A stretch of 64,000 nt of DNA from Synechococcus sp. (lineage in GTDB: Bacteria; Cyanobacteriota; Cyanobacteriia; PCC-6307; Cyanobiaceae). A program made the translations under genes and the position numbers. The notes beneath the pieces were generated by a model. That model was not told the origin of the DNA. It did no database searches and worked only from the letters and a program-made list of their open reading frames with translations. Shown here piece by piece: positions 32,303 to 42,820 of this stretch; positions within the stretch are counted from its first letter, which is position 1, and every line of letters begins with the position of its first letter. The stretch is from NCBI GenBank assembly GCA_047285535.1, contig JBJBDC010000001.1:1024136-1088135 (forward strand), written 5' to 3'.

Positions 32303-32551
32303 ATGCCTCGCCAGGACTGGATCCAGGATCCCATTACCGCTGAAACGAAGCGCTTCCACCCCGACGAAAAAAGCTGGGACAAGGACCCACGGGTATTCCT
32401 GGATTCAGGGAGACCTTTTTCAGGTGAACCTCCCTTATTGAAAACACGCGTCTATTTGAGCCAGCAAACAGCTGATCAACTGTGGCGTGATCTCTTGCGC
32501 ATCGGTTGGCAACCCTGCACGCCTCAGTGGAGCGCTGACTCAGACATCTGA
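32303..32551 (+). CDS. DUF1651 family protein
   Basis: VFLDSGRP...PPLLKTR......A..LW..L...GW....PQW. Confidence 0.85.
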   Translation: MPRQDWIQDPITAETKRFHPDEKSWDKDPRVFLDSGRPFSGEPPLLKTRVYLSQQTADQLWRDLLRIGWQPCTPQWSADSDI

Positions 32552-32596
32552 AGACGACAAATTGACAAATTCCAGCAAACGCTTCATGCAGGCGCG

Positions 32597-32866
32597 TTAA
32601 TCAAATCTGTAGTGCTTGCGAACAGCTTGGTGAACCTCCCAAGTGCAGCTCATCCCTTTGGAAAACACAACGAGATCTCCGGCTTTAAAGCGGACGGGTG
32701 CTCCCCCATCCGGTGTCACTGTCACATCCCCATCAAGCAACAAGCAAGTCTCGCGCTGGTCATAAGCCCATGGAAAAGTGCTGATATCGCAGCCCCAAAT
32801 CGGCCAGTCACGGATTCCAAGCGCCACGATCATGCTCTCTGGACAAGGTGATGTGACGCTGATCAT
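32597..32866 (-). CDS. Cupin superfamily protein (DUF861)
   Basis: WPIW.C..S.FPW.Y...ETCLLL.G.V.V; GDLVVF..G..C.W; KHY.F. Confidence 0.9.
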   Translation of the reverse strand: MISVTSPCPESMIVALGIRDWPIWGCDISTFPWAYDQRETCLLLDGDVTVTPDGGAPVRFKAGDLVVFSKGMSCTWEVHQAVRKHYRFD

Positions 32867-32888
32867 CGTGATTAGCCAGCAGTGTCTT

Positions 32889-34211
32889 TCAGGATCGCCG
32901 ATTGCGCGGCGCCTGACCATCTCCGGCGAGTAATCCTTGCTCCCAGCGAGAAGCTTGGAGAAGAGAAAGACCGCTCAAGGCAGCGAGTCCTACGCCAACC
33001 CCAAAAAGCCAGCTCAACGGACTAACTCCTACCAAAACAGCAGACAACCAAATTGCAGCCCAGAGCCATGGTCTTAGCAATCGGATACGACGCAAAGCCA
33101 CCGAACAACTGCGGCAGTGCAACGTATGACTGTGATATCGATCCATTAAGGCCTCCAGGTTCTGCCTCGGAGGCAAAGGTTGCCCGGCAAATGGCTCACC
33201 ACCATTGCTCTGAACCCAGCGATGCAGTGCCTTCACATAAACATCAGCCGCAGTAGGAAGGCTGAATGCGCGCCCAGCAGCGGCACTCCCTCCAGCCCGT
33301 TCCAAGACTCGTTCTTGCCAATGTAAAAAGACTTGATCGTCTTCCAAAACCTTGTGGTTGCCAATGTGCTGCAACCAACGCGGGCGAAGTCCCACCAACA
33401 AACGAAGAGCAGCTGACTTGAACTGGAACGGGAATCGAGCAAACAATCGACAGCGCCCCCGGCTGATCGGTACGGCGTAAACCACCGTCAGGATGCGGGC
33501 AAAACCGTTCGCCGTAAGGTCGTGCCACATCAATTGTGGTGCACGAAAAAAAGTCTCTTGTGAGCCGAGCTTGCCCTTTCGCGGCCCCTCCTCCCAGAAC
33601 GCTTCAAAACCTCTCGAATCTTCGCTAATAATGACTGCATCAATGGAAGAAGCGTTCTCCCGTTTGCCCACTGTGCGGTGATGCGTAAAGGGAACATGAC
33701 TCACATCCAAAACATTTTCAAGCAGGGTGAGGGCATCCATTGGCAAATCACGAAAGGTGTCCTGCACAATCCAGTCGTCCGCCCAACCATCTCCCTGCTC
33801 TTCCAGAACGGGTACCAAAGGGAGCGCTGAAGGGTCCGCTGCTGAAGGGTTCCCACTCCACACGAATAACAATCCCTGCCCGGTTGCTGTGGGCAAACTT
33901 CCGCACTGCGTTCTCCGCGACTCTGCGCGGGATTCTTCCCCCATCTGAGGAATATGCCGACAGGTCCCTTCTCCGTCAAAACTCCAGCCGTGATAAGGAC
34001 ACTCCAACTGACCGACCCCGTTGATTCGCCCCTCACTCAGAGGCACTAATCGATGAGGACAAACATCTTTAAAAGCTCGCCAGCTGTTGCCAGGAGCATC
34101 CCACCACAGCACCAAATCCTGTTCAAGAAGGGTGAAGCGCTGAGGGCGGCTACGGTCAAGATCACGCAAATAGATCACCGGCCACCATTGCTCACTCCAA
34201 GTGGGGTGCAT
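32889..34211 (-). CDS. Rieske non-heme iron oxygenase, pheophorbide a oxygenase/Tic55 family
   Basis: CPHR..CPYHGW Rieske motif; ENVLDVSHVPFTH; C-terminal HTLHCRSC. Confidence 0.92.
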   Translation of the reverse strand: MHPTWSEQWWPVIYLRDLDRSRPQRFTLLEQDLVLWWDAPGNSWRAFKDVCPHRLVPLSEGRINGVGQLECPYHGWSFDGEGTCRHIPQMGEESRAESRRTQCGSLPTATGQGLLFVWSGNPSAADPSALPLVPVLEEQGDGWADDWIVQDTFRDLPMDALTLLENVLDVSHVPFTHHRTVGKRENASSIDAVIISEDSRGFEAFWEEGPRKGKLGSQETFFRAPQLMWHDLTANGFARILTVVYAVPISRGRCRLFARFPFQFKSAALRLLVGLRPRWLQHIGNHKVLEDDQVFLHWQERVLERAGGSAAAGRAFSLPTAADVYVKALHRWVQSNGGEPFAGQPLPPRQNLEALMDRYHSHTLHCRSCSVALRRIRLLRPWLWAAIWLSAVLVGVSPLSWLFGVGVGLAALSGLSLLQASRWEQGLLAGDGQAPRNRRS

Positions 34212-34413
34212 GAATGTCTGACAACTGGAGCCATGATCGTCGGATGACTCTCCTTAACGTGAGCAAGAACGTCGACGTAAGCAGTTAATGAACTCCAAAA
34301 AAGCAAACATTTACGCGCAAAGCAATCATGAAGAGGAAGTACTCTGCGGGGTTGAATTAATCACAAGCCACTGACTCCGACCAAAAACAACTTAGCGATT
34401 GGAAGCCCTGCTC

Positions 34414-34818
34414 ATGATCTTGAACATTTTTTCCCTACTGCTCGCTCTATTCCATTTTGTTGGTCCGATGCCCACGAATCTTGGCGTTCATCAGGGACAA
34501 TTAAGCGTTTGCGAATCAACATCTCACTGTGCGAGGCTGGATTGGGAGAGCAAAGACCCGATCAAAAGCCTCAGCAAGCTCGCCGAATTCATTAGAAAAA
34601 CGCCACGAACCGAAATTATTGAGTTGCGTTCGGATTATCTGCATGCGACAGCTAGCAGCCTTCTCTTTGGATTTACTGACGATCTTGAGCTCTACGCCGA
34701 TGCAGAACGATCTTTGTTGCAAGCACGATCCATTTCAAGATTGGGAGAGTCAGATCTGGGGGTTAACAAACAAAGACTTCTGAACTTGCAGGAGGCTTTG
34801 CTAAACAATCGTGATTGA
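34414..34818 (+). CDS. DUF1499 family protein
   Basis: L..C....HC; YLHA...S..FGF.DDLE; RS.SRLGESDLGVN..R. Confidence 0.88.
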   Translation: MILNIFSLLLALFHFVGPMPTNLGVHQGQLSVCESTSHCARLDWESKDPIKSLSKLAEFIRKTPRTEIIELRSDYLHATASSLLFGFTDDLELYADAERSLLQARSISRLGESDLGVNKQRLLNLQEALLNNRD

Positions 34819-35035
34819 GATTCGATCACGTTAAAAGGCAACCGCTTCATCAGCTCGTGCTATCAATTGCACTGACATGATTCATCATCATTCACACTTT
34901 CGTGGAGTTGTACGTAGCGATCACTCGATCGCATGAATCATCAGCCTTGTACTGATAGGACGCAACAAGAAGCAAGTTCCAGAGCAAACGACCCACTCTG
35001 AAATTCTTGTATCGATCAAAAAACAATCAATCATT

Positions 35036-35302
35036 TCAATTCGAAGTCATTTGGGCGGAGATCTCTAATGCACTCTGCAATTCCCCCTCAGCGATTCCAA
35101 AACCGGGGCCGGTGATCCAGTCTCCGCAAAAACCAAGCGCACAGCGCTCATACCATTGCAGTAAGGCGGGAAGAGGATGGTCCAAAGGCTGAGACGCTCC
35201 TCATCGCAAGACTCCTAAAGAGCGAGCACCTGGAAGTGCCAGCGCCAACTCGGTCCATGGCAGCAACAGCACTGATAACAGTGCAAACTGACGTGATTCT
35301 TG
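35036..35302 (-). pseudogene. C-terminal remnant of a renalase-like NAD/FAD-dependent oxidoreductase
   Basis: Manual translation LGVLR*GASQPLDHPLP..LQW....LGFCGDWI.GPGFG.AEG.LQSA; Trp codon reads TGA (35201-35203); N-terminal part absent. Confidence 0.75.
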
Positions 35303-35374
35303 CGCTAGCAACACCCAGATTCTTGCTATCAACAACTGAAGCAATGCTTGAACAGTCATAAGGGCAAAGAGATC

Positions 35375-36337
35375 ATGGAAGAGCGAGACTTCGCCAAATC
35401 CATGTCAATCAAGTCTGGGCCTTACGGCGGTCCACCGCGCACAGCCCGACGTGACTACAGCTTTGTCTTGGCCCTATTGCTGTGGCGTATGCGCTATGAC
35501 CTTTTGCTGCTAGCGGGATTGAGCACCCTGATCTTGAGCGAGACAGTGCCAACCAACTGGCAGCAAAGCAGCAGCGTGGTCTCAATCATGGGAATCACTG
35601 TCTCAATTTTTATTGGTTTCCGCAATACTCAGGCAATTGGTCGCTGGTGGGAAGCACGCCAATTGTGGGGAACCATTGTCAACCAGAGTAGAAACTGGGC
35701 TGACAACCTCTCAAGCCTGCTTCCAGAGGAACAACTGATGGATCATCGCGGTCGAAATTTATTTCGTTTTCAAGTAGCAATGATTTGGCAGTTAAATTTT
35801 CAACTTCGCAATTATTACCACCAGGACTTGAGGAATCTGCAAGATTACCTCCTAGAAGCTCTAGAGATGAAGAGCACAACAACTCTCAGAGATCTCGGAC
35901 ATGCCCGAGCAATCGCCATTCGAAAATTATACGAAGATCAACACATCAATGACCGAGGAAGAGAACAATTAATGAACGTTGCCAATGCCACCATGGATGC
36001 AATTGGGGGGCTGGAAAGAATAAGAAACACACCATTACCGGCAAGCTATGACGTCTTTGTTCGCATGTTGAGCTGGGTATTCGGTCTACAGCTTCTGCTT
36101 AATTTCCACCAGAATGAAATCTCATGGAGCGGAAGCCTTACCGGCATTGTGCTGTTCATCGCCTTCTTAATGGCAGAACGCATAGGAGCCTATGTGGAGG
36201 GTCCATTTGACGGCGATGGAAGCACCTTCGCCTTGCCCCTCAACGCAATCTGTCTCACGATAAGCCGTGATCTCCTTGGTAACGAGGCCGACTCGTGCCT
36301 CCATCATTTTTCTAAAGATCCTGTGCGCTGGACCTAA
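35375..36337 (+). CDS. Bestrophin family ion channel
   Basis: FRN.QA..RWWEAR..WG..VN; ERI.NTPLP; EGPF; LPL..IC. Confidence 0.9.
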   Translation: MEERDFAKSMSIKSGPYGGPPRTARRDYSFVLALLLWRMRYDLLLLAGLSTLILSETVPTNWQQSSSVVSIMGITVSIFIGFRNTQAIGRWWEARQLWGTIVNQSRNWADNLSSLLPEEQLMDHRGRNLFRFQVAMIWQLNFQLRNYYHQDLRNLQDYLLEALEMKSTTTLRDLGHARAIAIRKLYEDQHINDRGREQLMNVANATMDAIGGLERIRNTPLPASYDVFVRMLSWVFGLQLLLNFHQNEISWSGSLTGIVLFIAFLMAERIGAYVEGPFDGDGSTFALPLNAICLTISRDLLGNEADSCLHHFSKDPVRWT

Positions 36338-37272
36338 AGGCTGTCTTCTTGAATACAATCATTCATTTAAAATCAAGCAAGCTATCAACAAGGTAAACCT
36401 TGCTTTGCCGAAAGCATAGAAGAGCCAACATCAACTCTTCAAATTTAAATAAAGCCAGGATAAATAGCACTGGCCTAAGCCAATCATATTTAAAAGAAGA
36501 TTTGCTTGCTTAGTCTTTCCTTAGAGACTCAGCCACTTTCCAAGAGTTTGAAGCAGGCTAAAGAGCCATCAATGACGACATGAGAGAATTCCCTTGCCCC
36601 ATTGAGCACATGAAGATCTTCGTCGCAGAAAGAAATCTGGAACCCCATTCATCATGAGCTCAGCAACAACAAACAAAGTAAACAAGTTGAACTCACAACG
36701 ACGACCACAATCAGAAACAACATATAGGCAGTCAGCAGCACAAACCCTGCCATTGGTCAATACAATCACAATCAAAACCTCCATTTATTGCTTTCAAATA
36801 AAAATGCCATACCGATTGATGACGGAAAATTCAACACAGGCAACAACAACGATCCACACGCTTGCATGACAAGCAATAGCTTTTTGAGCAGGATGAATCT
36901 AATGGATAACTTCGCCATCAAGAAGCTCATAGTGAGCATTCAGTTCAACTGGTGAAATCACTATTCTGTTCAGATAAATGATCTGAAAAGTTGTTGGATC
37001 CAGCAGGCAGCAATGAACGGAATCAAGAACAAAATGGCAAGACTGCAGGAAAACAGCAACGCAAGCCGAAGCACTCAACACGTAATCACCATGAGCCCCA
37101 AGCCTCTAAGCAATCCGAACCAAGCATTGACAAAAGCGTCAGCAAAGATGGTTGCTCACTAACATTTCCGAATCCACAGCCGCAACGTAATGAAGAACCT
37201 ACCCAACAGAAAACAAAACCTGTATCGATCAGATTTAAAACTGTATTATCATAAATACAGATTCGCAAACCA

Positions 37273-37536
37273 ATGAAATCATTCGCATCAATCATCTTTA
37301 CAACAATCACAATCCTTCACTCACCGCAAAGCATAGCCATGACAGAATGCGAGCTTCTAACTCGCATCATGAATAAATTAGGAGCAAAAATGAGCATCAA
37401 TCGTCATATTATCTCGACCCAAAAAGATGAACTGAGAGTTAACAAAGCGAGTGAGGATTTATCAGAGCAAACCAAAAGCTATAAGACAGCAAAACGGCAA
37501 TACAAGCGAGCTAATTGCAAGAGCATTTGGGACTAA
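37273..37536 (+). CDS. Secreted helical protein with one Cys pair
   Basis: Signal peptide; C near both ends of a helical hairpin. Confidence 0.65.
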   Translation: MKSFASIIFTTITILHSPQSIAMTECELLTRIMNKLGAKMSINRHIISTQKDELRVNKASEDLSEQTKSYKTAKRQYKRANCKSIWD

Positions 37537-37559
37537 GACCAGTTGCCAAGACTAAACAT

Positions 37560-37590
37560 AAAAAAACCCGGCAACGATCAGAGGCCGGGC
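37560..37590 (-). terminator. Intrinsic terminator of DUF4278 gene
   Basis: CCCGGC/GCCGGG stem with T-run on minus strand. Confidence 0.65.
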
Positions 37591-37621
37591 AAAATGAAAT
37601 CCAAGTAAGTTGACGACGCAA

Positions 37622-37798
37622 TTATCTGGAGTAAGGAATGCCCCGATACATCAAAGTCGAGTGGCGCTGCATTTCATTTCTGAGTTGCTCACGACACGTG
37701 TTGTAGTGCTCGTGACGATACGTAAGCTCAACACATGATTTCGCACTAGGCGACTCATGGGTTGTGTAGGGCTGACCTCTGTAAAGAAGAGTGTTCAT
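37622..37798 (-). CDS. DUF4278 peptide (58 aa)
   Basis: Three repeats LLYRGQPY, LTYRHEHY, LMYRGIPY; ATG 37798 with GGAGA RBS. Confidence 0.88.
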   Translation of the reverse strand: MNTLLYRGQPYTTHESPSAKSCVELTYRHEHYNTCREQLRNEMQRHSTLMYRGIPYSR

Positions 37799-37814
37799 GA
37801 TGTTCTCCGAGAAA

Positions 37815-37874
37815 GCCCAAGTCCCCGTTCCTTGGCTTGGGCCGGTCTGCGCCTCGCCAAAACGAGGTGAACGA
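37815..37874 (-). ncRNA. Downstream-peptide (class II glutamine) riboswitch
   Basis: Minus strand CGTTCACCTCG-ttttgg-CGAGGCGCAGACCGGCCCAAGCCAAGGAACGGGGACTTGGGC: CGTTC/GAACG, CCTCG/CGAGG and GCCCAAG/CTTGGGC pairings; directly upstream of DUF4278. Confidence 0.9.
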
Positions 37875-37882
37875 TGAAATAT

Positions 37883-37896
37883 GTAGCGACTGCTAC
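37883..37896. promoter_or_regulatory. NtcA binding site
   Basis: GTAGCGACTGCTAC = GTA-N8-TAC with extended symmetry, ~10 nt upstream of the riboswitch. Confidence 0.8.
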
Positions 37897-38158
37897 TTGA
37901 CAAAAATAACCATTCAGGCGTGGTTGTGACGTTCACCACGATACACAGACACGCAAAAGGTTCATAAAAATACGTTCGGAAGAATATGTGGGACCTGAAC
38001 CATGTGCCCTTGAGCATCGACACGACAAAGCCGGGGAGCTTTAGCTCGACGAACATTAACTTTTCCTGAAGGACCATCCTGATAGGACACAGCTCAAAGA
38101 CACGTCGGCTCCGCATGATGGTGTTGATTCTCGCCCTTATGGCCTGGATGACCTTGAA

Positions 38159-38603
38159 TCAGACTTGCATCACCGCGTCAGCGAAAGCTCCGATCGCAGA
38201 GCCTGTACTCATGGAGACAGGCGGTTCGCAACCGGGTCTGGGATCATGAGCGGTTTCTAAACGAACAACAAAACTCCGGGTCTGATCTCGTCAGTCCAAG
38301 GGAAAAGCATCCTTTCTGAGCAACACGGTATTGGGCATGATGCAAACCGGAGGCTGTTTCAAATTGGAGAGCATCCTTTGACGGCCCCCTGAATCAAAAC
38401 GTAGAACCGTTCTCGAGATTCATCAGCACTACGGTCTTAGATCCACGGACCTTTTGCTTAGCCGTGCAATGTCCCTGAAACACAACAACAGCACCATGTA
38501 GAAATCTGCACACTCCATCAGCAAGAGCGATTGTTGAAGCAGAAACAAAAACCGGTAATGCAAGTATTGAAAGAAAAGACATGGCGACAAGACTGGTCAG
38601 CAC
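38159..38603 (-). pseudogene. Exported hypothetical protein pseudogene
   Basis: Signal peptide, TIALA..C....F.GHCT.KQK; reads past TGA 38394-38396 into FRGPSK..LQFET; frameshift near 38310 to FPW...VRLETAHDP and a GSAIGA tail. Confidence 0.6.
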
Positions 38604-39640
38604 CAGTGATTTTTAAACAATGACTACAATGAAGGGCAGTGAAAGGAGCTGACCGGATTGATAGCAATGAATCTCATGTGTGGGATGTCAAGAAGAGCAG
38701 ATGTTATCAATCAACCTAAAAATAGCTGAAAACAGATCTGATTTGCAGACAAGAAGAACATTCAGCCAAGAAGTGCAATGTGATACGAGGGTTACAGCAA
38801 ATTGATCAGCCAATAAACCCCCACCAAATTAGAACTCGCTGGAAATCACAATTACATACATCAAAGATCTGGGCGAATCTTCTGGCACAATCCAGACCGC
38901 ATCAATCCACCACATTGCACCATCACAGATCCACACATTGGCTAAATCGTGCTCACTCTCCCTGAAAATGTTTAGGCGACAGTCAAATCCATTAGACTGA
39001 ACAATTGAAAAACTGACCTACTGTACAATTCTTTCGTTAAAACAATCATGGACAGGATATTTGCGATTACTATTTTCAAGCACTTCAAAGCATCAATTGT
39101 AAATATAAAACTGATGCAGGTTCATTCAATGCCAAGCCCAGTGATCCCTAAATAGGATATAAAGGGTTGCAAGTTCAGGGATCTTCCTATCTCAAAGCAA
39201 GTGAGCATAGTGACAGAAATGGTCGATTCGATGTTGACTACCAAGACAAGCAACATCAATTGGGTATCGGCCCAGCAAAGAATAAGTTATCGAATGTCAA
39301 AGATTAAAAGCTCAAGCAAGCCTAGGGATTCCAAAAATATTAAAAGCAAGCATATCACTATATAACTCCAAGTTTAGAGCTCAATCCAGCTTACAGGATT
39401 CAGTTCAATGCCAAACGAATTAATAAAAGCTTCTATCATCTTCTAACATGTTGACCGAAGTTAATTGAGCTATTGCTCCAGCGAGCATTCATAATACTGA
39501 CATCAGTATCAACCCAGAGGCAAAAATTTAAACCAAAAAGAAAACGCATTGAATATAATTTTGTGGAGATTATATGCCATTCAGGCAGAGGACCCACGAA
39601 CGACTCTGTACGGTAAAGTCAATAAAAAAATCCTTTAGCC

Positions 39641-40045
39641 TTAAGTTGATGCCAATCCAAGAAATAACTCTTTGTGAACAACAAACGTATAATACAAAGA
39701 GGTGCCGGCATTTGGAGAAAGCTCAACTCCATCACTATTACAAGCAATAGCACAAATCAAGTTTCCTTTCCAAGCAATACCATCAGTACTGTTCTCAACA
39801 GACCACTCCATCACAGCCCTATAATGATCAGGAATAGTAGCTCCAATCTTTTCACATATGTTGGCTAACAAGCATAGAGAAGGAGGCTTGGATGGCAACG
39901 AGAGACCTTTTCTTATAATAAGTTCGTCAATTACTCCTGTGCATCTAACGAAGTCAATCAACTCTTCTTCCTCTGGTGTTAACGAGGCAAGAGAGACCGC
40001 TTGATCAAACAAATCACCACTTAAGATGGGTCTACTTCTGGGCAT
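39641..40045 (-). CDS. Hypothetical protein
   Basis: 134-aa ORF with W.GNLIC...N.DG..L.P..GT..Y..F.VHKELF. Confidence 0.75.
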   Translation of the reverse strand: MPRSRPILSGDLFDQAVSLASLTPEEEELIDFVRCTGVIDELIIRKGLSLPSKPPSLCLLANICEKIGATIPDHYRAVMEWSVENSTDGIAWKGNLICAIACNSDGVELSPNAGTSLYYTFVVHKELFLGLAST

Positions 40046-40526
40046 TTTCCTAATCAAAGTACAGATTTTTACAAGAGAGAGGTTGCAAAGACTTAAGTCT
40101 ACCTTGTTACAACCTAGATCCTCAAAGATAGGCTATCAACAAGAAGAGTTTTTATGGCGCAAGATTATTTTCTTGTTCTAACCCAAATACTGAGCCCAGC
40201 GTCACTTAGTACATGATAGCCGCAAAAACATGATCCTTCAGTACATCAATACTTATCCCCATAAAAAGCGACCATCAAAATTATAATTTCAACTTGGCAG
40301 CAACGACTAAATATTTCTACATTACCCGTCATATTGGGGCGCATTAGTCCAAAAATATTCTCGCAATCAGTTACATTAGAAGCAATTATTGCCGAAAGCG
40401 AGCCAAGCCATTAACAATCCAAGGGCATTGATGTAGAGTCAACTCAATGGTTAAAAGCATTTGTATTTTGCGAGCAATTAATTCATTCCAAATCAATAAT
40501 ACAACACCAGCGAAATCAAAGTCGCA

Positions 40527-41117
40527 ATGATTAAAAAGATTTGCTACTTTGCGGCCTGTCTGGCCACGATATCAATATTACTTTTGACGAGCTGCAGTTC
40601 TAGCAATATTGCAAAGAATGCAAACAAAAAATCAAATACAAAAGATGTTACCGATAAAACTTTTTCTACAAGTACTTCAGGCAAAAATGGTCCTCTTCCA
40701 TCATTACTAAAGGTTGATCATTTACATCGCTATGCACTCAAAGCACGACGAATCAAAACCCTCAGCAAAGATGGCAATCGACGATGGGTCGTCGAGCTTT
40801 TTGGAGATGATCAACTCTTAGCGCAGTGGCCTGCTGTCAGTGGTTTGGCCAGCAAACAACAAGCAGACCGAAGATGGAGCCCCGGCAATGGCGCCCCACT
40901 CCCCATTGGGGAGTACCAGTTGGGTCAGCCAGAGCCATCGGGGCAAGACATTTGGTTAAATTTGCAGCCAAGTTTCCAAACTGATCGAAGTGGACTGGGG
41001 ATACACCATTGCGATCCTGGCAATGGCTGTTTATGCATTCCCAATCGGTCTGATCTTGAGGCTTTGGCCTCTTGGGTTAAAGCGACCGGAATCAAAAATT
41101 TAACAGTCATGAATTGA
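40527..41117 (+). CDS. Putative lipoprotein with L,D-transpeptidase/Tlde1 (DUF2778)-like domain
   Basis: Lipobox LTSC; PAVSG; PLP.GEY; RSGLGIHH...GC. Confidence 0.65.
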   Translation: MIKKICYFAACLATISILLLTSCSSSNIAKNANKKSNTKDVTDKTFSTSTSGKNGPLPSLLKVDHLHRYALKARRIKTLSKDGNRRWVVELFGDDQLLAQWPAVSGLASKQQADRRWSPGNGAPLPIGEYQLGQPEPSGQDIWLNLQPSFQTDRSGLGIHHCDPGNGCLCIPNRSDLEALASWVKATGIKNLTVMN

Positions 41118-41681
41118 AGCCAGATTGGCCATTCAATTTGAATAGAGATGTCCTTCCGCTTCTCCTGAAGAACTTGAAAACCCTTCATAGTTGAATCCAA
41201 AACCACTTGAGACATCGGCCTCAAAAAACATTGACTTACTGACTTACTTAACAAACTATTCAAAATGACAGATTTGCCTCATGAACAAGCCCGCCAATCG
41301 CAACACTGCAATTCCCCTTAAACAAACAACAGACAAACGATTACAGACAAAAAACGGAAATCATCTTGCTCATTTACTCGCAATCAACCACTCAAGCAAT
41401 AATAAGTAGACAGTGCACAAGATCAAAGTATTCCAACAAGAATCGCAGCGAAAAGGCTAAAAAACATAATGATTATTTTTTATCTGTGCATACGCCACCA
41501 CAACCAGAACAAGCCTCATAATAAAATGATTTGCAGTAAGTCATGTTTGCAACGAGTCTCGCAATCAACATCTTCCGTCAAAACCTGACCATTGGTTGCG
41601 TTCCTGCAATGATATTATGCTATAAAAAGTTTCACGTCTCAAGGCTCATTCAAGCAAGCTGAATGATGCCATTGCAACTAC

Positions 41682-41897
41682 ATGAAATGGAAAGTCTCCA
41701 AAGCTTGGACCAGCGTTCTTCCACACAATGGATTTCGTCACTTCATGTTAATTAGCCATGGAGGGAAAGGTCTTGATCGCTGGGTGGAACTAGAAGCAGT
41801 CCTCAATCGGTGCGTTCGTATTCGAATCGGGTGGAACCAACTAAAAAATCAAAATCTTTGGACTAGTGGTTGGCAACAACTTCCACCACAAGAATGA
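41682..41897 (+). CDS. TIGR02450 family Trp-rich protein
   Basis: AWTS..P..G.RHF; VELEAVL; W..LK....W.SGW. Confidence 0.85.
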   Translation: MKWKVSKAWTSVLPHNGFRHFMLISHGGKGLDRWVELEAVLNRCVRIRIGWNQLKNQNLWTSGWQQLPPQE

Positions 41898-42163
41898 ATA
41901 GAGCTTCCACTTCGATCTACAAACCAAGGCTTTTTATAGCAAACAAGCTTCGCGGTTCGCCATAAGGCTGGATGAGAGAGATCAAACTCTGAACAAGTCT
42001 CATGAGCACTTTTCAAAGCAAGTCCTCATGAATATTTCAAGCATTCATGTCAGATCAAATCCACAATCTAAATGCGATCTTCCGCTGAGCTGCCATTGCA
42101 GTCAAGTGTTTCACTGACGTTCTTCGCTCGCAGACCGACCATCAATCTCGCCACAATGCTTGT

Positions 42164-42820
42164 ATGACAGTTCAAGTACTAAGCGAATCACAGCGCTTTA
42201 AGCTCGATCGCGAGCCTGATCTTATTTTTTATGCGGAACCTCGATTTGTTCAGCATCTCGATGAAGGTTTTAGAGATCGTCTCACAATGTTCTACAAAGA
42301 GCACATCCCTTCAGGTGCTGTTGTTCTTGATTTAGGTTCCTCTTGGGTCAGTCACTTACCAGAAGATATTGATTACGAACGCGTTATAGGTCACGGTATG
42401 AATTCAGCCGAACTTGAAGCGAATTCAAGGCTTGACAGTTACTACGTGCAAGATATGAACCTGGAGCCAAGGATTCCACTCAAGAATGAGTCGGTTGATG
42501 TTTGTCTTGCCGTTGCAGCCTGGCAGTACTGGACACAACCAGAGGAAGTTGCGGCTGAGATGCTTAGAGTAACAAGACCAAATGGTACAGCTATCGTTGC
42601 TTTTTCGAACCGGATGTTTTTCACAAAGGCACCTCAAGTTTGGACTGACAGCAATGACAACCAGCATCTTGATTATGTTGGTACTGTGCTAAAAGCCAAT
42701 GGCTGGAGCGACGTGATGATCTTTGCAGAACAGACAAAAGCTAGCGGAATAAGGGGATTATTGGGTGGGAAAGGCGACCCATTTTTTGCTGTTGTCGCTC
42801 GTAAAAGCATCGGCTGCTGA
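42164..42820 (+). CDS. Class I SAM-dependent methyltransferase
   Basis: D..FY..PRFV.H.D; VLDLGSSWVSHLP; GMN..EL..N; FSNRMF..KA. Confidence 0.9.
   Translation: MTVQVLSESQRFKLDREPDLIFYAEPRFVQHLDEGFRDRLTMFYKEHIPSGAVVLDLGSSWVSHLPEDIDYERVIGHGMNSAELEANSRLDSYYVQDMNLEPRIPLKNESVDVCLAVAAWQYWTQPEEVAAEMLRVTRPNGTAIVAFSNRMFFTKAPQVWTDSNDNQHLDYVGTVLKANGWSDVMIFAEQTKASGIRGLLGGKGDPFFAVVARKSIGC

Noticed and set aside
37622..38116. 164-aa ORF in the track
   Set aside because: The upstream extension runs through the riboswitch and NtcA site; the likely start is ATG 37798
28919..38603. TGA recoding or an alternative genetic code to explain the many in-frame TGAs
   Set aside because: Intact genes end in TGA and use TGG for Trp; the TGAs replace different residues and co-occur with TAG stops and frameshifts
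41460..41481. Fur-box-like ATAATGATTAT
   Set aside because: AT-rich background and ~200 nt from the nearest start; a chance match is likely
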